A stretch of DNA of 64,000 bases from Botryllus schlosseri (GCA_051294905.1 CM119372.1:16556001-16620000), one strand, 5' to 3'. Positions 13,215-26,648 are shown, counted from the first letter of the stretch. Translations and numbers: made by a program. Notes: a model not told the origin generated them from the letters alone.

Positions 13215-13622
13215 TAGTGCGGAGCATGGACCGGAGCCGGATTGGATATCCGGCCGGATTTTTACAATTTTGGCCGGACCGGACCGGAGCCGGATCAGTA
13301 CTTTTTCTGTTACGGCCGGAGCCGGATCGGAGCCGGATCACTACTTTTTTGATCCGGCCAGAATCTTTATGGATAAGCATGACTTTTATAACTATATAAC
13401 TACCAACCAACCAACCACACGTAAGTAACCTCCAAGCCAGTGTGAACATAAACGAGGCATATTTATCAATTCACGGAACCTCCGTACCGACTAGGGCCGG
13501 ATTTCTGGCCGGACTTTTTCATTTTTGGTCGGACCGGATTGGAGCCGGATCAGTACTTTTCCTAATACGGCCAGAGCCGGATCGGAGCCGGACCAGAGAA
13601 TTTGTCGACCCGCTCCGCACTA
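13215..13622. mobile_element. hAT-type MITE with CCGGA repeats, nested in an older element starting ~12741
   Basis: TIRs tagtgcggagc / gctccgcacta; TSD atccgcat. Confidence 0.88.
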
Positions 13623-16192
13623 ATCCGCATCTGTGATAGCGCAACTCATCGTAAATGCCTTTGAATTTATCGTCACTGATATTATTCAAATGAAATTGTC
13701 GCGCTGATTTCGAAAATCTAAATATTGATCGACTTCTAAAGTATTCGGCGTAACATAACGCTGCACACCTACATTTTACGGTGGTCCTAAAAAGCTATAC
13801 TGACGTTACAAATCAAGAACTTGGATAGCTATGGCGTTGCTTTTAATTTGAATTTGTAATTGTTAATGTCACTTCAAAAGAAGTTTATTTATCGGCGTAG
13901 ATCAGGAAGACAATGTGTATTTGAAAACTGCATTGTCCTAGAAGGGTCGCCATGTCAAAGTAGCAATCAAGGTATCGTGCAATCCAATTTTGAGGCGTGC
14001 GATGATGGGTAGATCGAATGTGCCAGTGGTGTTAGTCGCCGGCGCGACAGCAACTTAAATTTAGGGATTTTGAAATGGGGTTACGAACCCCTAACCCAGG
14101 TTACCTCACTGTCTTGACCTCTCAAAAATATGTTTATGTTGCAACGAGAATAAATATTCGGGATATTATGAAAATTTACAAACTATAGTTGCTGCAATTT
14201 TGATAAATTAAGTACGAAGTTAAAATTTTGTCAAAGAGACATATCTTATACCCAAAAAAGCCATATCTGGTATAGGCCAATACAACATGTATTTACACAA
14301 TTATTTCATAATTATACAACGTAAAAAAACACAATTTTTTATAGGCCTTCGTTTAAAACAAGTTTAAACAAAGGGCTTTAAACAATCATTTGTTTCAAAT
14401 GCAACCCTACTACCAACCAAGTCATCGACAAGACGATAATAGCCAACAATTTTATATTGCATTGACGGCGACAGTCTCAGAAATGCATTGTCTGTTCGAA
14501 TTATATTCTACCAGATCGGTGCGAACAATAGCAGGACACAATCTAGGCTATGCAGCTGAATTATATTCGTCCATCATTCGACATGGCAGTGCTTTTGCAG
14601 CGGAAGTGCAACCATACGGTCAACTGTGGATTTGCCTATTCATAATGCAATTCAGCCTGCTTTTGATATGTTTCCAAATCGTAGGGTAGCTATAAGCAGC
14701 CTTTGTCCGATGCCTCAGGCATTTCAAACATACGTCTCGCGGACAGAGGGGGTCAGTAACGAAGTAGGCTACTTCTACTTTTTCGACGTACTCAACTAAC
14801 TACATGCAGTACTTACTCAAGCAAATCTAATTTTCCGCTACTTCTACGACTTCGTTATATTTTGTGATTTACATACTTACTTTTCGCTATTTTTGATTTG
14901 TCGAGTAGAAGTATTATATTCCTAAAATTAAAAAAAGAGAGAGACTATAAGGAATTTCGAAGCTGTTTACACGAAGTACTAACATGAATTTAATTTTCCC
15001 ATAAGGTATAGGTTAAGCCAGGCATATTTAGTCTAGATTGAACCCAAAAAATTCTTCGCGATTCGCACAAAGTAGATACGGAGTGACAAATATGTTTTCT
15101 CGAAAGTATTGGTGAATATAATTTATGTAGCGGGTTGCGTGCATGGTTCCGTGTATGGTTCCGTTCACACCGCATTGTCACCCATGTTTCACAGTATATC
15201 ACAGTATCACAGTATATATGGCTCATGAAAACGTCTGAAACTATACTGTTTCATAATCATATCTATTGTATCGTAACCTAGCAACACGTGGCGTGACCTA
15301 TTCTAAAAAACTGGCATCTAACTTTTTTGAGCGTTTGACTAGTTTTAGCTGGCCACCGTTGAAGCTTTCTGGACAAAAGACATGAAACGTATTTTCCGCT
15401 TTTAGGAATAGTATCTGTATTCCTCTTTTCACGATCAGTGTCATTACTTTGAGTTCTTCTAGATAACACTGGCGTAGCCAGGGAGGAGGTAGGTAGGGAG
15501 GAGGAGCTATGCTCCCCTGAACATTTTATTCGAAACTAGAAATTTCCCGTAAATGAATATAAGGTTTAGTGTTTTTGAGTATATTTGTATTCAACTTGAA
15601 ATTTTTATTCGCGCTTGGCGCGATATATCATTTCAGTAGTTATTTTAATTGTTGAGTTCCCGCTGCCCGCCTCTTGATTAATCAAAATTAATAATCGGCC
15701 TAAATAAAAATGCGCATGATGTACAAAATCGAATCTAACTGTATTGGTGTATGCTGTCAGCGGTTGCGGGACTATGAGGCACCAAAATATACATCAAGCC
15801 AAGATTAGACGAGCAAATACACGTTCGCCCCTATATTATAATGCGCCATATGCGTCTCAATAAGCCACATCCCAGTTCCCACAATAATTCGTGAGCCAGA
15901 TTTTCGACAAAGTCATTATGATTGGAGACGAGTGAAATCGCACACAGTGCGTTATTGTGTATGTCTGAGACTTGTAATTTAGTATTTCCTCTAAGCGCTT
16001 TGCGAACATTGATAGGCAAATACAGCACTCCAGACTGATTAGTCGTTACAATCAGCAAACTGTTGCCGCGACGCAAGATACAACCAATTTGTGTTCGATG
16101 TAAAAGACAACTTGCTGATCGGATACGCGCTTTGTCGTTTGTTGTTGTTTGTGGTATTTATAATGTTCTTCAGCTACAAGGTCAATTACACC

Positions 16193-16457
16193 CAGAGGTG
16201 GTCAGTAACGAAATACTTCTACTTTTTGAATTACTTGAAGTAGATTTTTCCTACTCACACTACTTTTTAAGTAGTTATGATTTCAGACTACTTCTACTTC
16301 TACTTGACAGTTTTCAGTTTTGTAGGCAAAATAAGCGTAGAATACCTACTTACTTACTTACTTGTGAACCACCACTCCTACTTCTACTTGAGTAGAAATT
16401 CCGCCGTTACTTCTACTTCTACTTGAGTAGCGACGGTGACTACTTTGACTACCTCTG
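16193..16457. mobile_element. hAT-type MITE inserted in the tail of a family-B SINE fragment (16461-16590, -)
   Basis: Termini cagaggtggtca / tgactacctctg; TSD attacacc. Confidence 0.88.
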
Positions 16458-17846
16458 ATTACACCAGGCCGATTTTCTTTATTGTGATTCCGCATCTGCC
16501 GACTGGGAGCACGGCCCACTTCCAGGCTTCGTTAAGACACCGCTTGCGCAGATTGGATGACAAGGAGGAGCCGAGATAAACTTTCTTCGTTTGTAATCAT
16601 ATGTTACATTCCGCACCCCGAACCGAAGGGATGTGTCAAAATGATCTCATGAATCAACATAAATTATGGGGTAGTTATTTGGAGAGTTATTCAACTTTTA
16701 AAAAAAATTCTTCGCGCATGACACGGTTTAACGTCAATAGGTGTATTGATTTTAATATGGGTAGGCTACATCTCCCCGTAGAGAAAAATACGCATAATTT
16801 ATAGAAATAAGCATTACGGTGTCAGCTATTGCCACGTCACGACTCATTAAGACATATGAAATTTGTAATGCCCGAAGGTGCCCGAAATTTTCAATGACAC
16901 TACCTCCTCCATCAGCAGCTCTACCGGTGAATCTGATCCTGTGTGCTGAGAGAGGATATATATATAGAGCGAGAGAGAGGGAAAGAGAGAGCGAGAGAGT
17001 CTTTATTTTCATCCAACCAAAATACATAACAACAGACGGCAGTGATGTTGGCACAGAAAATATGCATGCACTTGCACAGTATTCGGTATTAGATAGGAAT
17101 GATCGATACGACCTTGAGGGTCAACTAGTCTGATCACAGCCGCATCGAACGGGTAGGCCTACATTTGACTCGATACAAAATTATACCAATATCATAGGGT
17201 TACCATATTTCAACGACCCAAAATCCGGACGCTCTTTAGCGCCCACTAGCGGATTTCAAAATGAGTTGTGACGTCACACTAGGAAAACTTTGCTCATAGA
17301 CCAGAGGTGGTCACGGTCCTGTTCAGGAGTATGTGGCTGTGTGTTCTGTAACCGGGACCGAAAGCGCATGTTTTCAGTCCCCTCCCGCCCAAATAAACAG
17401 TGGTTTGAGCCCACACTATGGGGTAATCATTCTGGGCGGGGGGTGCTTGCTATATGAATCTGGTTTCTATATGCATCTGGTCGTTAAATTATTTGAATAA
17501 ATTCTGTCAAAAATATTGGTCGCTCCATATACTACTATATAGATAAGCCTACTACTCTCCGCCGTCATGATCAGAGTTAGCGGTAGTGCTGGTTGAGGAT
17601 GATGAGTTCGAAAATACAGGGAGCGTAATTGCACATCGTTAAGTCATGTTCATGTTCTACCTATAAGATTGTTTATCAGCCTTATGCCAGTAAGAGAGAC
17701 ATGGTATTCTTTTTCGCTTGTACTATCGAGATGCTTTGGCGACAGAGATGCGATACGGCCTTTATAGTGCACCACGGACCTTTATAAACACCTCACACCC
17801 AGTGGATTCCAACCTTTTATATAGCTCAGTGATTCCAACCTTTTAT

Positions 17847-19734
17847 CATATACTTCGTTTCCATGCTCGGCCGACGGTCGGCCGAAAGGCCATGACGCAT
17901 GCGTTGTGCATGTCGGCCGTGTTTCCATGAGCAGACGTAACCCAACCGTGACTTGGCCGAACTAGGTGGGCGAAGCGATCGCGATGACGTTTTTGGCTTA
18001 CTTACTCAGTAACAGTTTCATAATAATCAGAAGATTGCGATAAATGACTCGGTAGGAATGAGCCGAAAAGACTTGTAGCGGTCATTCAATCAAACAACCC
18101 GCTTTGACCTTGAACACTAAATGCATCCAACATGTAAAATGGTCACGATGAACCAATTGCTTAAAACTAACAGAAGATAAAATAAGATGGATAAAAGATG
18201 AAAATTGGTGGCATATCTTAGTATGTGGGGGATATAGATATGGGATATCGTGGTCCAATAATTTCGAGCACAGAATAGTAACTTCTCCAGTAGCAGAGCT
18301 GATACCAATACCACCATGGCAGTTTAAAAAAATATATAAAAATTATCTACTCCAAACGTACTGTTGATTCTTTTCTTTTATGCAATGCTTGTTCTAATGT
18401 TATCCTTTATTACACTTTTATTAAAGCTTAATATCGTGTCGTTAGTCGTATATTTACTGAATGTTGACTCTACGTATATGTGTGTGATTTAATATATATG
18501 TTACACGCATCAAACACTCCAAACGGGTGGCGACTGACTCTGAAGGCCTAACGGCCCCTCGTCGTCTCCCAGTCTATACTGCAATATTTGTTTCGTATAC
18601 TTCTTTATTTATTGATGTGACGAATAAAAGACTATCTATCTATCTATAGTCTACCGGTACTACTGTTTCGTCGTCATGATTCAGACATGAACGTCCAGTG
18701 TCCTGTCGATGATTTGCTTACCAGGGAATGTGAATAAGTTCACCTAGTTTGTGGTCAAGCGGTATAGTTTGTATTGTATCCATGCACCATAGAACGCAAA
18801 CCTTCGAATTGTGGCAGCAGCGTATGTGATCAGATCGCGAAGATTTCGGTAGCCTACGGGTAATTCGTAGCAGTACCGGTACTAATAAATTCCGTTGCGA
18901 TCAAAATTTTTGGTTTCTCAAGGCGTCCAAGATCCGTCCGGAGTGCAGCCATGGTTAATTTGATACGAAATGTGTATTGTAAGTAGCGAATACCAATTAG
19001 CTAATCGAAGACACAGCGCAAGCATGGCCGAAGGGCTAAGCCGAAGGATTTACTAGATGGCCGACGAGTCGGCCGACGTGGGTGTGCATCACTGTAAATG
19101 CGCAACAAAATTCTCTCGTTCGTCGGCCGAGTCTCTCGAAAATGGGCCCATCGGCCGAGCATGGAAACGAAGTATAGTGTCCTATATGGTGTCGACACAA
19201 GCAAATCTCACGGCTCAGTGAAATTGTATCACGTCACAATTTCCATTTGGCTACAGGCAATTTGACGGTCATTTTTGACCAGCTTGCCGAGCATTAAATT
19301 TGGTAAAACGGGTATCAATCGAAAGCTGATTTTGCACTGATGACGAAAATATAAATTTTATTCCGCTCGTGGCCCTGGAACTCCCACAATCAGCCTCGAA
19401 TTTTTCATTGTTATGGAGATTGGCATTGTTGCGTCCCAATGCCAATCTCTCGTTTCGCCAGACAGCATTGTTGCGTCTCAATGCCAATCTCCATAACAAT
19501 GAATAATTCAAGGCTGATTGTGGGAGTTCCAGGGCCACGAGCGGAATAAAATTTATATTTTCGTCATCAGTGCGGAGTCAGCTTTCGATTGATACCAGTT
19601 TTACCAAATCTAATGGTCGGCAAGCCGGTCAAAAATGACCGTCAAATTGCCTGTAGCCAAATGGAAATTGTGACGTAATACAATTTCATTAAGGCGTGAG
19701 ATTTGCTTGTGTCGACACCATATAGGACACTATG
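17847..19734. mobile_element. Foldback MITE with CAT..ATG ends (P-element-like); left tip split by a later insertion
   Basis: 19175-19734 is a near-perfect palindrome. Removing 17851-19176 restores catagtgtcc...ggacactatg. 7-bp TSD cttttat. Confidence 0.8.
17851..19174. mobile_element. TA-targeting non-autonomous DNA transposon containing a LINE-like 3' fragment
   Basis: TIRs tacttcgtttccatgctcggccga / tcggccgagcatggaaacgaagta; TA duplication; internal segment ends aataaaaga(ctat)n at ~18623-18648. Confidence 0.8.
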
Positions 19735-20839
19735 CTTTTATGGTCGCGACTTCATCTCCAATTTGCAAATGTTCCGTGGCCCAGATCAAAATTTTACGAG
19801 CTGATTCCTAAAAGAAGTCAGCACCTTTGCCCAGACTTACTCACGGGCTATTTTGGAAGGTGATTACGTTCAACTTTGGAACCACTATCTTTGAATAAAG
19901 CATTTGAACGGCCTTAACGATCTCTAGGAATATACCGTTCTCCTAAAATTGTGATTACAAATAGGCTTATTCCAGTAAAGGAAGTTCGTTTTTATTTATA
20001 TTTTATGGCAGTTTTTTGCGAGAGTTGTATAGTCTCCATATTAAAATCAATAGTTGTGATAGTAAATCGCGCGCAGCGCGAAGAAAAATATCATACTTCT
20101 GCATAAATATTCCCAGAAAATATTGTTTTTATGCTGATTTACGAAAAAAATTATGAGCCCACGTCAAAATTCCGGACATTTGGCATATTTTAGAAATTCC
20201 TCCCGGACGCTAGTTTGAACAGTGAAATTCCGGACATGTCCGGGAAATTCCGGACGTATGGCAACCCTACAATATCATCGACCGAATTCAATCATGAATT
20301 CCGGAAAATGTTCGAGCTAGCCGCGACCTGATAACTATAACACACTGACAACATAAAAACTGGACCCCACGAGCTGTAGTTAAAAGCGTTAATCGCGAAG
20401 TCGGGGTCGCGCAACGAAATTTGGATAAAAAGTGGGGTGCGAACTGAAATAGGTCGTCCAAGCGACGTGCACCCAGAAGTTCGGTTGATTGCCCTGGGGT
20501 GCCCAAGACATTTGACCAAATTCATCGAATAACTGCGAAAATTTTCGCGATTCGCGCGGATGTCGTGTCACCCTCATTTCGCATATCATTATGAATGTAA
20601 TCAATCCACATTTTAGAAACGCCGACCAAGGTCGAGTAGGGCTACCATATTTGGAGATTCGTAAGAGAGGGTGCATGGTAACCCTAAGTCAAGTCAAAGG
20701 TGACTCGAGTCAGGTCAAAAAAATTTCTGAAAGAGGTGATTCGAGTCATCCCAACACTGCCAAACCAAAAGGTATAGTGATTCACATTGACAAAAGCGTC
20801 AATGATAAACTGTTGTATGCAAATTATAAATGGTGCTCG

Positions 20840-21085
20840 AGTGGCGAGATAGCGTAGTGGTATAATCCACAGCTGCAACACCAATGGGTTGCGGGATCGA
20901 GACCGACCGAGGTCGACTCCAGAATTCCTATCTAAGTGTTGGAGGTTTATCTAGGTTCCTCCTCGCCATATCATCCGTGTCAGCGGTGTTTTATAAAGGC
21001 CTAGAAGTGGGCTGTGCAACAAGTCGGCATTACGAAATAAAAAATGAAGAAATTGGCCTGGTGTAAAGGACCATAGTAGTCGACA
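20840..21085 (+). mobile_element. tRNA-derived SINE (family B)
   Basis: A box tagcgtagtgg, B-box-like ggatcgagacc; colinear reverse-complement copy at 54452-54700. Confidence 0.75.
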
Positions 21086-21304
21086 GACACCATGAATGCC
21101 TCAAATAAATGAACATGGTGCTCGAGAAATACAATATATATGAAATATATGTGGTGGTACAATATGGTACAATAGCCTGTGGCCTGTTCAATTTTCCGCA
21201 GTACAATCAATGATATATACATCATTGCTGCAATCAACAAAATAAAAAGCTATTTAGTACTTCGTCGGGCTCTGCCTTGCAGTTTTCTACACTGATAAAC
21301 ATAC

Positions 21305-21547
21305 GTCCGTTGTTTGCGTCGGTGGCTTCGTCCGCGTCATTTACGCAGCCCCGCCGTTGCCGTCGTCACATTCGTCGAGCCTATAACATAAACATTAAAC
21401 GATTATAATTAAATAATAGACAGAGATATACTTGAATGAAGGACAATTCATTAGTCGCAAGCAAGCTGCAGCATATCGAGAATAGGAATAGGCAATATTG
21501 TGCGGTTGTATAGTGTACCTTACCTTCCGCCGGGTCGTCGAAAACAT
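21305..21547 (-). other. Putative 5' exons of a transcript divergent from and overlapping HIBADH
   Basis: Donor AAG|GTAAGG at 21523; acceptor gtttatgttatag at 21381; 76-nt CpG-rich exon 21380-21305; donor GTATGT at 21304. Confidence 0.45.
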
Positions 21548-24500
21548 GTTGGGATTGAGAGTAGTCCGAATCACTTCGGGGATTTCGTTGAGAAATTTCT
21601 CGCGTAAGTATATATGATACGGTATACATTTATGCAACCTAAAGTTTTACTCGGGTTTACCTATTTGAAAGCTGGATATCAATATATCATAGTTGTCAAG
21701 TCAGAGATAAGGTGGTACCGTATAGTCGTATATACGGAGTGGGCCCTGCTGCCGGAGGTTATGGCTGGAGACATATTATTGATTGCAAATCTGATTTTTC
21801 TGTTTATGGTTTATGCTGAGTGCTGCATGTGTGAGTGTCACTGTTTTAGATTTAGCTATTATAGCCTATGAATCACTGAATCAGTAGTTCTATTATTTTC
21901 ATCCGCTCTAGACACACAATGTACATTGATATACACAAGACATAAAGACAAGATAGCGTAAAATGGTGATGTGTCCGGCTTCTTGATCGTGGGTGCAATG
22001 CCTGGGCGGGTCAGACCAGAGACTGTATATCAGTAAAACTGATATCCGTGAATTCCCCACTTGAGACATTCCAGATTGGAATCTCATTACTTTTAGCGCA
22101 ATATATTTGGTATGCCAGTATCACAGCCCTGAACAATAGTCAACATCGACCAACTCATTGTTATAAACTAATCGATTCGATACACTGCGACAGTAGTGCA
22201 ATGCTGAACTCTGTGCGGCGATTTTTCGGAAATGTGGCGATTTTGCGCGTTCTCATTGGCCTGACCTGGAAAAAATTACAGTTACAGAATCAACGCGTCA
22301 TTGGCTTTTTTTTTAATTTTGAGGTGTGGCCGCCACCTACACAATTAGCATAATTTGTATTGCGCATGTAGGCTACTATAGTAGATTTACCCATCTCTAC
22401 GATGGAAATTGTAACCTTCCGACCTAATCCTTTCGTGATCACATTTTCTTGTATTTAGGACATGCGACTCTAAAGGCAAGTAAATCCGACGTTCTTTGCT
22501 TCTACAACGTCCCATCACTAACACTTCCCACTCGCATCACAGTCTTCGCAATCGCCCGTCGGCTTCATTGGCCTCGGAAACATGGGAGCCTCGATGGCGG
22601 AAAATCTTGTAACAAAGGGACACCGGGTCGTCGTATACGATGTAGTTCCGGAATCTGTCGCGGCATTGGAAAAGAAAGGGGCATTGGTAATGTTTTCCGT
22701 CGTTCCTGATTTTTCTAATTTCTCCATTTGAGCCTTGCCGTTTTTCATATTGCATTCAGGTTGCGAGTAGCCCTGCCGAAGTGGCCGCGCAAGCAGACAG
22801 GGTGGTCACAATGCTGCCAGCAAGCCGACACGTTCAAGATGTATACGAAGGACCGAACGGGATATTATCGTAAGCTGCATGTCATAAATTTGCATACACG
22901 CCTATCACACATGCTAGGATTCGAACGGTTTTGTTTTGCCTCACCAAGCTCTGTCCGAGGAGGAGCTCTGTTGATCGACAGTTCAACCATCGATCCCACG
23001 ACGGCTATCGATATTTCCAAAAAGGCCTCGGACAAGGCGGCTGTATTTATGGACGCGCCCGTCTCTGGAGGTTTCTATCTGAGGCAATCTGTTTTACGTA
23101 CGGCACCAGCTGAATACTTTGTATCGTAGGCGTGGTCGCTGCCAAAGCCGGCACCTTAACATTCATGGTCGGTGGCGACGAAGCTGAATATGACGCCGCC
23201 AAGGATTTGTTATCCTTCATGGGAAAGGTTTGTAATGTCACGGATTATGAAGAATGCAAATTCGACAGATGCAAGTTTTGTATCAGAACGTGATCAGGTG
23301 CGGAAACGTGGGGACAGGGCAGACTGCGAAAATTTGCAACAACATGTTACTGGCGGTGTCGATGATCGGAGTTTCCGAGGCGCTGAATTTGGGGCAAAGG
23401 TAATACCGTTTTTGCGCAGGTGTAGCATAGTACTTCTACTTTTTCAGGGCACTCAAGTAGGTTTTGCCTACTTGTGCTACTTGAGTGGTTATGATTTTTA
23501 AATACTTTCTCTTTACACTTGGATTTGTAGAAAGTAGTATTGGGATTTGTTTTCAGCACAATTAGGAGTGACATAATAACTGGTGACGTATCTCCTGTGC
23601 AGCGGGGTTTGAAGAAATCTGTGAAAATCGCACTTTTTTTATATTGTCATACGTCATTTAGCGGTATTGCTGTGACCAGGGTTGTAATGACTTGAGTCGC
23701 CATTTTCTGATGACTCGTGTCATTTTCTCAAAATACGGAAACGACTCGACTCATTGCACATGACTCGGACCAAGTCATATGACTTGAGTCTCAGACGACC
23801 AAGACCGACATTTCATTGTAATTTCGAAGAATAGTTAAGTAACCACACTGTTGGTATTTCGCCTATTGGTACTGGTACTTGGAAAATGTGACCAGAATCT
23901 GTTAAAAGTGAGGAAAATTAGTATATTTTAAATGCGAACCATTCTATATCACCAAACAGAGTTATATAAAGTGGTTTTAACAAGACTTCAACTCGAAACT
24001 GAGCAGTCAACGCGATGACTTGGACTAGGACTTGAGTCATAATACCATGACTCGGACTCGACCCTCTGGTCGCTGACTTGGACTCGGTGGGGAATTGAAA
24101 ATGACTCGACTTAACGCGAGTCAAAACTAAAAAGTGAGATTGTCTTGTGACTTGGTTACAACCCTGGCTGTGACAAAATTCCGGAAGTAGCCACTGCAAA
24201 ATGTGGTCTATGTATTAGGGCTGTTCAAAAATAACCTTTTTTCTTGAATCTTGCTGATTACTTGATTAAATCGTTAGGTTGCCTTAAAAAACGACGCACA
24301 CCAAATTTGAATTCATTCCAACCAATATTCGCGGATTTCGTAGAGTTTGAAAATTTTGAATTTGCCTAAAAATGCAAAAAAAATATTTTTTCAAATTTTT
24401 CTGCCAACCCCATGAAATTGTTGCGCTGTCTTCAAAAACGATGCAAAACAAATTTGACTTAATTCGAAGCCGTAGAAGTGGAGTTATTTCAGTTTTTCTT

Positions 24501-26648
24501 TGATAATTCTGGGATTATCCGTGATTGGTGGATCATCCCAGAATTATCATCAAAAAACTTGAATAACTCCGCTTCTGCAGCTTGGAATTGAGTCAAATTT
24601 GTTATCCATCGTTTTTGAAGACAGCGCAACAATTTCATGGGGTTGGAAGGAAAATTTGAGATTTTGTTTTGGTCATTTTTAGGGAAATTCAAAATTTTCT
24701 AACTCTACGAAATCCGCGAATATTGGTTGGAATGAATTCAAATTTGGTGTGCGTCGTTTTTTAAGGCAACCTAACGATTTAATCAAGTAATCAGCAAGAT
24801 TCAAGAAAAAAGGTTATTTTTGAACAGCCCTACTATGTATGCATGCAACGCCTCGACCAAATCTACTTTCTGAAATTACTTGCTTGAGCACTGTTCGCAC
24901 CTTCATGTTCTACTTTCTTCAGAAGTAATGGTATGTCGTAGAAATCTTTATTCTACTCCTAATCAAGTAGAAATAAACGAATCCGCGATTCTAATGGCGT
25001 AGGCTGACCAATGCTTACTACATCGACCACCTCTGAGCCCGTGGTAAGGTTAGGTTAGGTTAGGTAAGCGCAAAACTCATTTCTTTTGCGTAACCGTGCC
25101 ATAAGGCGAGCGGCGGTAATTTTGCGGGGCGATCTGTTTTCCAAATTCAGTTTCATTTATTTGTCTGACAGCAAATTTAGCTTGTGTCGTCCCAACCGTC
25201 GACTGTTCTGCAGGTTGGGACTGGACGCAAAGACCTTGTCCGGAATCTTGAACATATCTACAGGTCGTTGCTGGTCTTCGGATACCTATAACCCAGTTCC
25301 CGGAGTGTTTGACGGCGTACCGAGCAGTAATGACTACAATGGAGGATTCGGAACGGCCCTCATGGCAAAGGTATTGCGTAGTTGTATACGAAACGTTGAT
25401 GGGCATGCTGAGCAGCTGTGATTATATTCCAAATTCTATGATATTTCTACTGTGTAATTAATTTGTTGTCGTAACTTGGTAACGGTGCCGACTAACCTCT
25501 AAGTCATACTCATCTGTCAGTGATAGGATCAAAGATCTAGGTAATCACATCTTCAACAGGGTGTTTCGATATACGTAAAACTACTAGGCCGCGTCGGTAA
25601 CTGTCCACCAGATAGATGATGCACCATGAAACCTCGGAAAGTTGAAACAAATTAATTGATGCAGTAGATAAATCCTCCTACTTATCCATTCGATACATTT
25701 TAAGCCTGTACCAATTGTTGAGGAGTAATATAAATGTATAAACTGATTTATCAGTCGTGAGTTTCGGTAAGATTAGCACTGAGCAGAAAGACACTGCTAT
25801 AGACAGAAAACTATTAGTCTACGTTCTAATCGACACATTTGTGGTCAATTTCTTAGCGATGTAGGCTGTGCACTGTTGAATGACTGCTTACTCGCACAGA
25901 TCGTATCAGTGTGTCGTTCTCAGTTGACCCCGATTATTATTCATTTGCGACTTGAAATTGACTAGAAAATTTTGCTCTCAGTCGCCAGTCAATCCACAAT
26001 TTTTGAGACGCCGTGTCAAGTCAAATCATTTTTGCAATGTGACTCTAGTCAAAACGTTTGAAAAAGTTGACTCGAGTCGTCCCATCGCTGCCATCTGTAT
26101 GTCGAGTGTCAAAAATTTTTCCATGATTCATTGTATACTACTTCCACTTGACACATTTTAGACTAATTTTTCCGGTGCTTGATCAAATTTCTGATTAATT
26201 AATTTTCTTGTGTCAAAGTATCCGGCTGAAAGAATATTTCAAGCAATACATCATTCAAACCCGCATTCAATTTGGTTTAGAGTACTCGAGTAATGTTTCC
26301 CAACCTTGTGAAATTGTAATATTATTTCAATCATTTCAATTTGGTTGAGTCTCACGGCAGAGATTATACCAATTTGACGTATATCCAGACTTGACCTCTC
26401 AGCCAATATATTGCTTTGTTAATATTTCAAGAGTTATAGTTGTTAATCAGTGGCCCCGTCACCTGATAATTTTACAGGACCTGGGTCTGGCGCAAGTTGC
26501 ATCGACGGAGACGCTATCACCAACCCCGCTCGGGTCATTAGCTCATCAGATTTACAGGACCATGTGCCAAAAAGGATACGCGGAAAAGGATTTTTCTTCC
26601 GTGTACAAATATCTAAGCACTGAGGAGTCTTGTGAACCTAAGCAATAG
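21546..26648 (+). CDS. HIBADH: 3-hydroxyisobutyrate dehydrogenase, mitochondrial
   Basis: Exons 21546-21603, 22459-22475, 22543-22686, 22760-22869, 22949-23070, 23130-23227, 23287-23399, 25214-25370 and 26478-26648 join in frame. Transit-like [20 protein letters not shown]; Rossmann [62 protein letters not shown]. Confidence 0.97.
21950..22070 (+). mobile_element. Degenerate family-C SINE in HIBADH intron 1
   Basis: gatagcgtaaaatggtg..tccggcttcttgatc..gggtcagaccagagac matches the 36641 copy. Confidence 0.65.
23677..24166. mobile_element. hAT-type MITE (cagggttgtaa family)
   Basis: TIRs cagggttgtaa / ttacaaccctg; TSD gctgtgac. Confidence 0.9.
24216..24832. mobile_element. Foldback hAT-type MITE (near-complete palindrome)
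   Basis: tagggctgttcaaaaataacc / ggttatttttgaacagcccta; arms pair over ~280 bp; TSD ctatgtat; related fragment at ~47940-48338. Confidence 0.92.

Larger units (their letters stand above)
17195..20269. mobile_element. hAT-type element expanded by nested insertions
   Basis: Termini tagggttaccata / tatggcaacccta; perfect TSD caatatca at 17187-17194 and 20270-20277. Confidence 0.88.

Noticed and set aside
18722..18743. 22-nt minus-strand microexon that could link 21305 to 9883 in another frame
   Set aside because: Lies inside a nested transposon and has a weak acceptor
21366..21368. In-frame TGA as selenocysteine
   Set aside because: No redox motif or recognisable selenoprotein family, and no SECIS can be evaluated
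22201..22353. [11 protein letters not shown] as the HIBADH start
   Set aside because: No suitable donor; the 21546 exon has a consensus donor and the right phase
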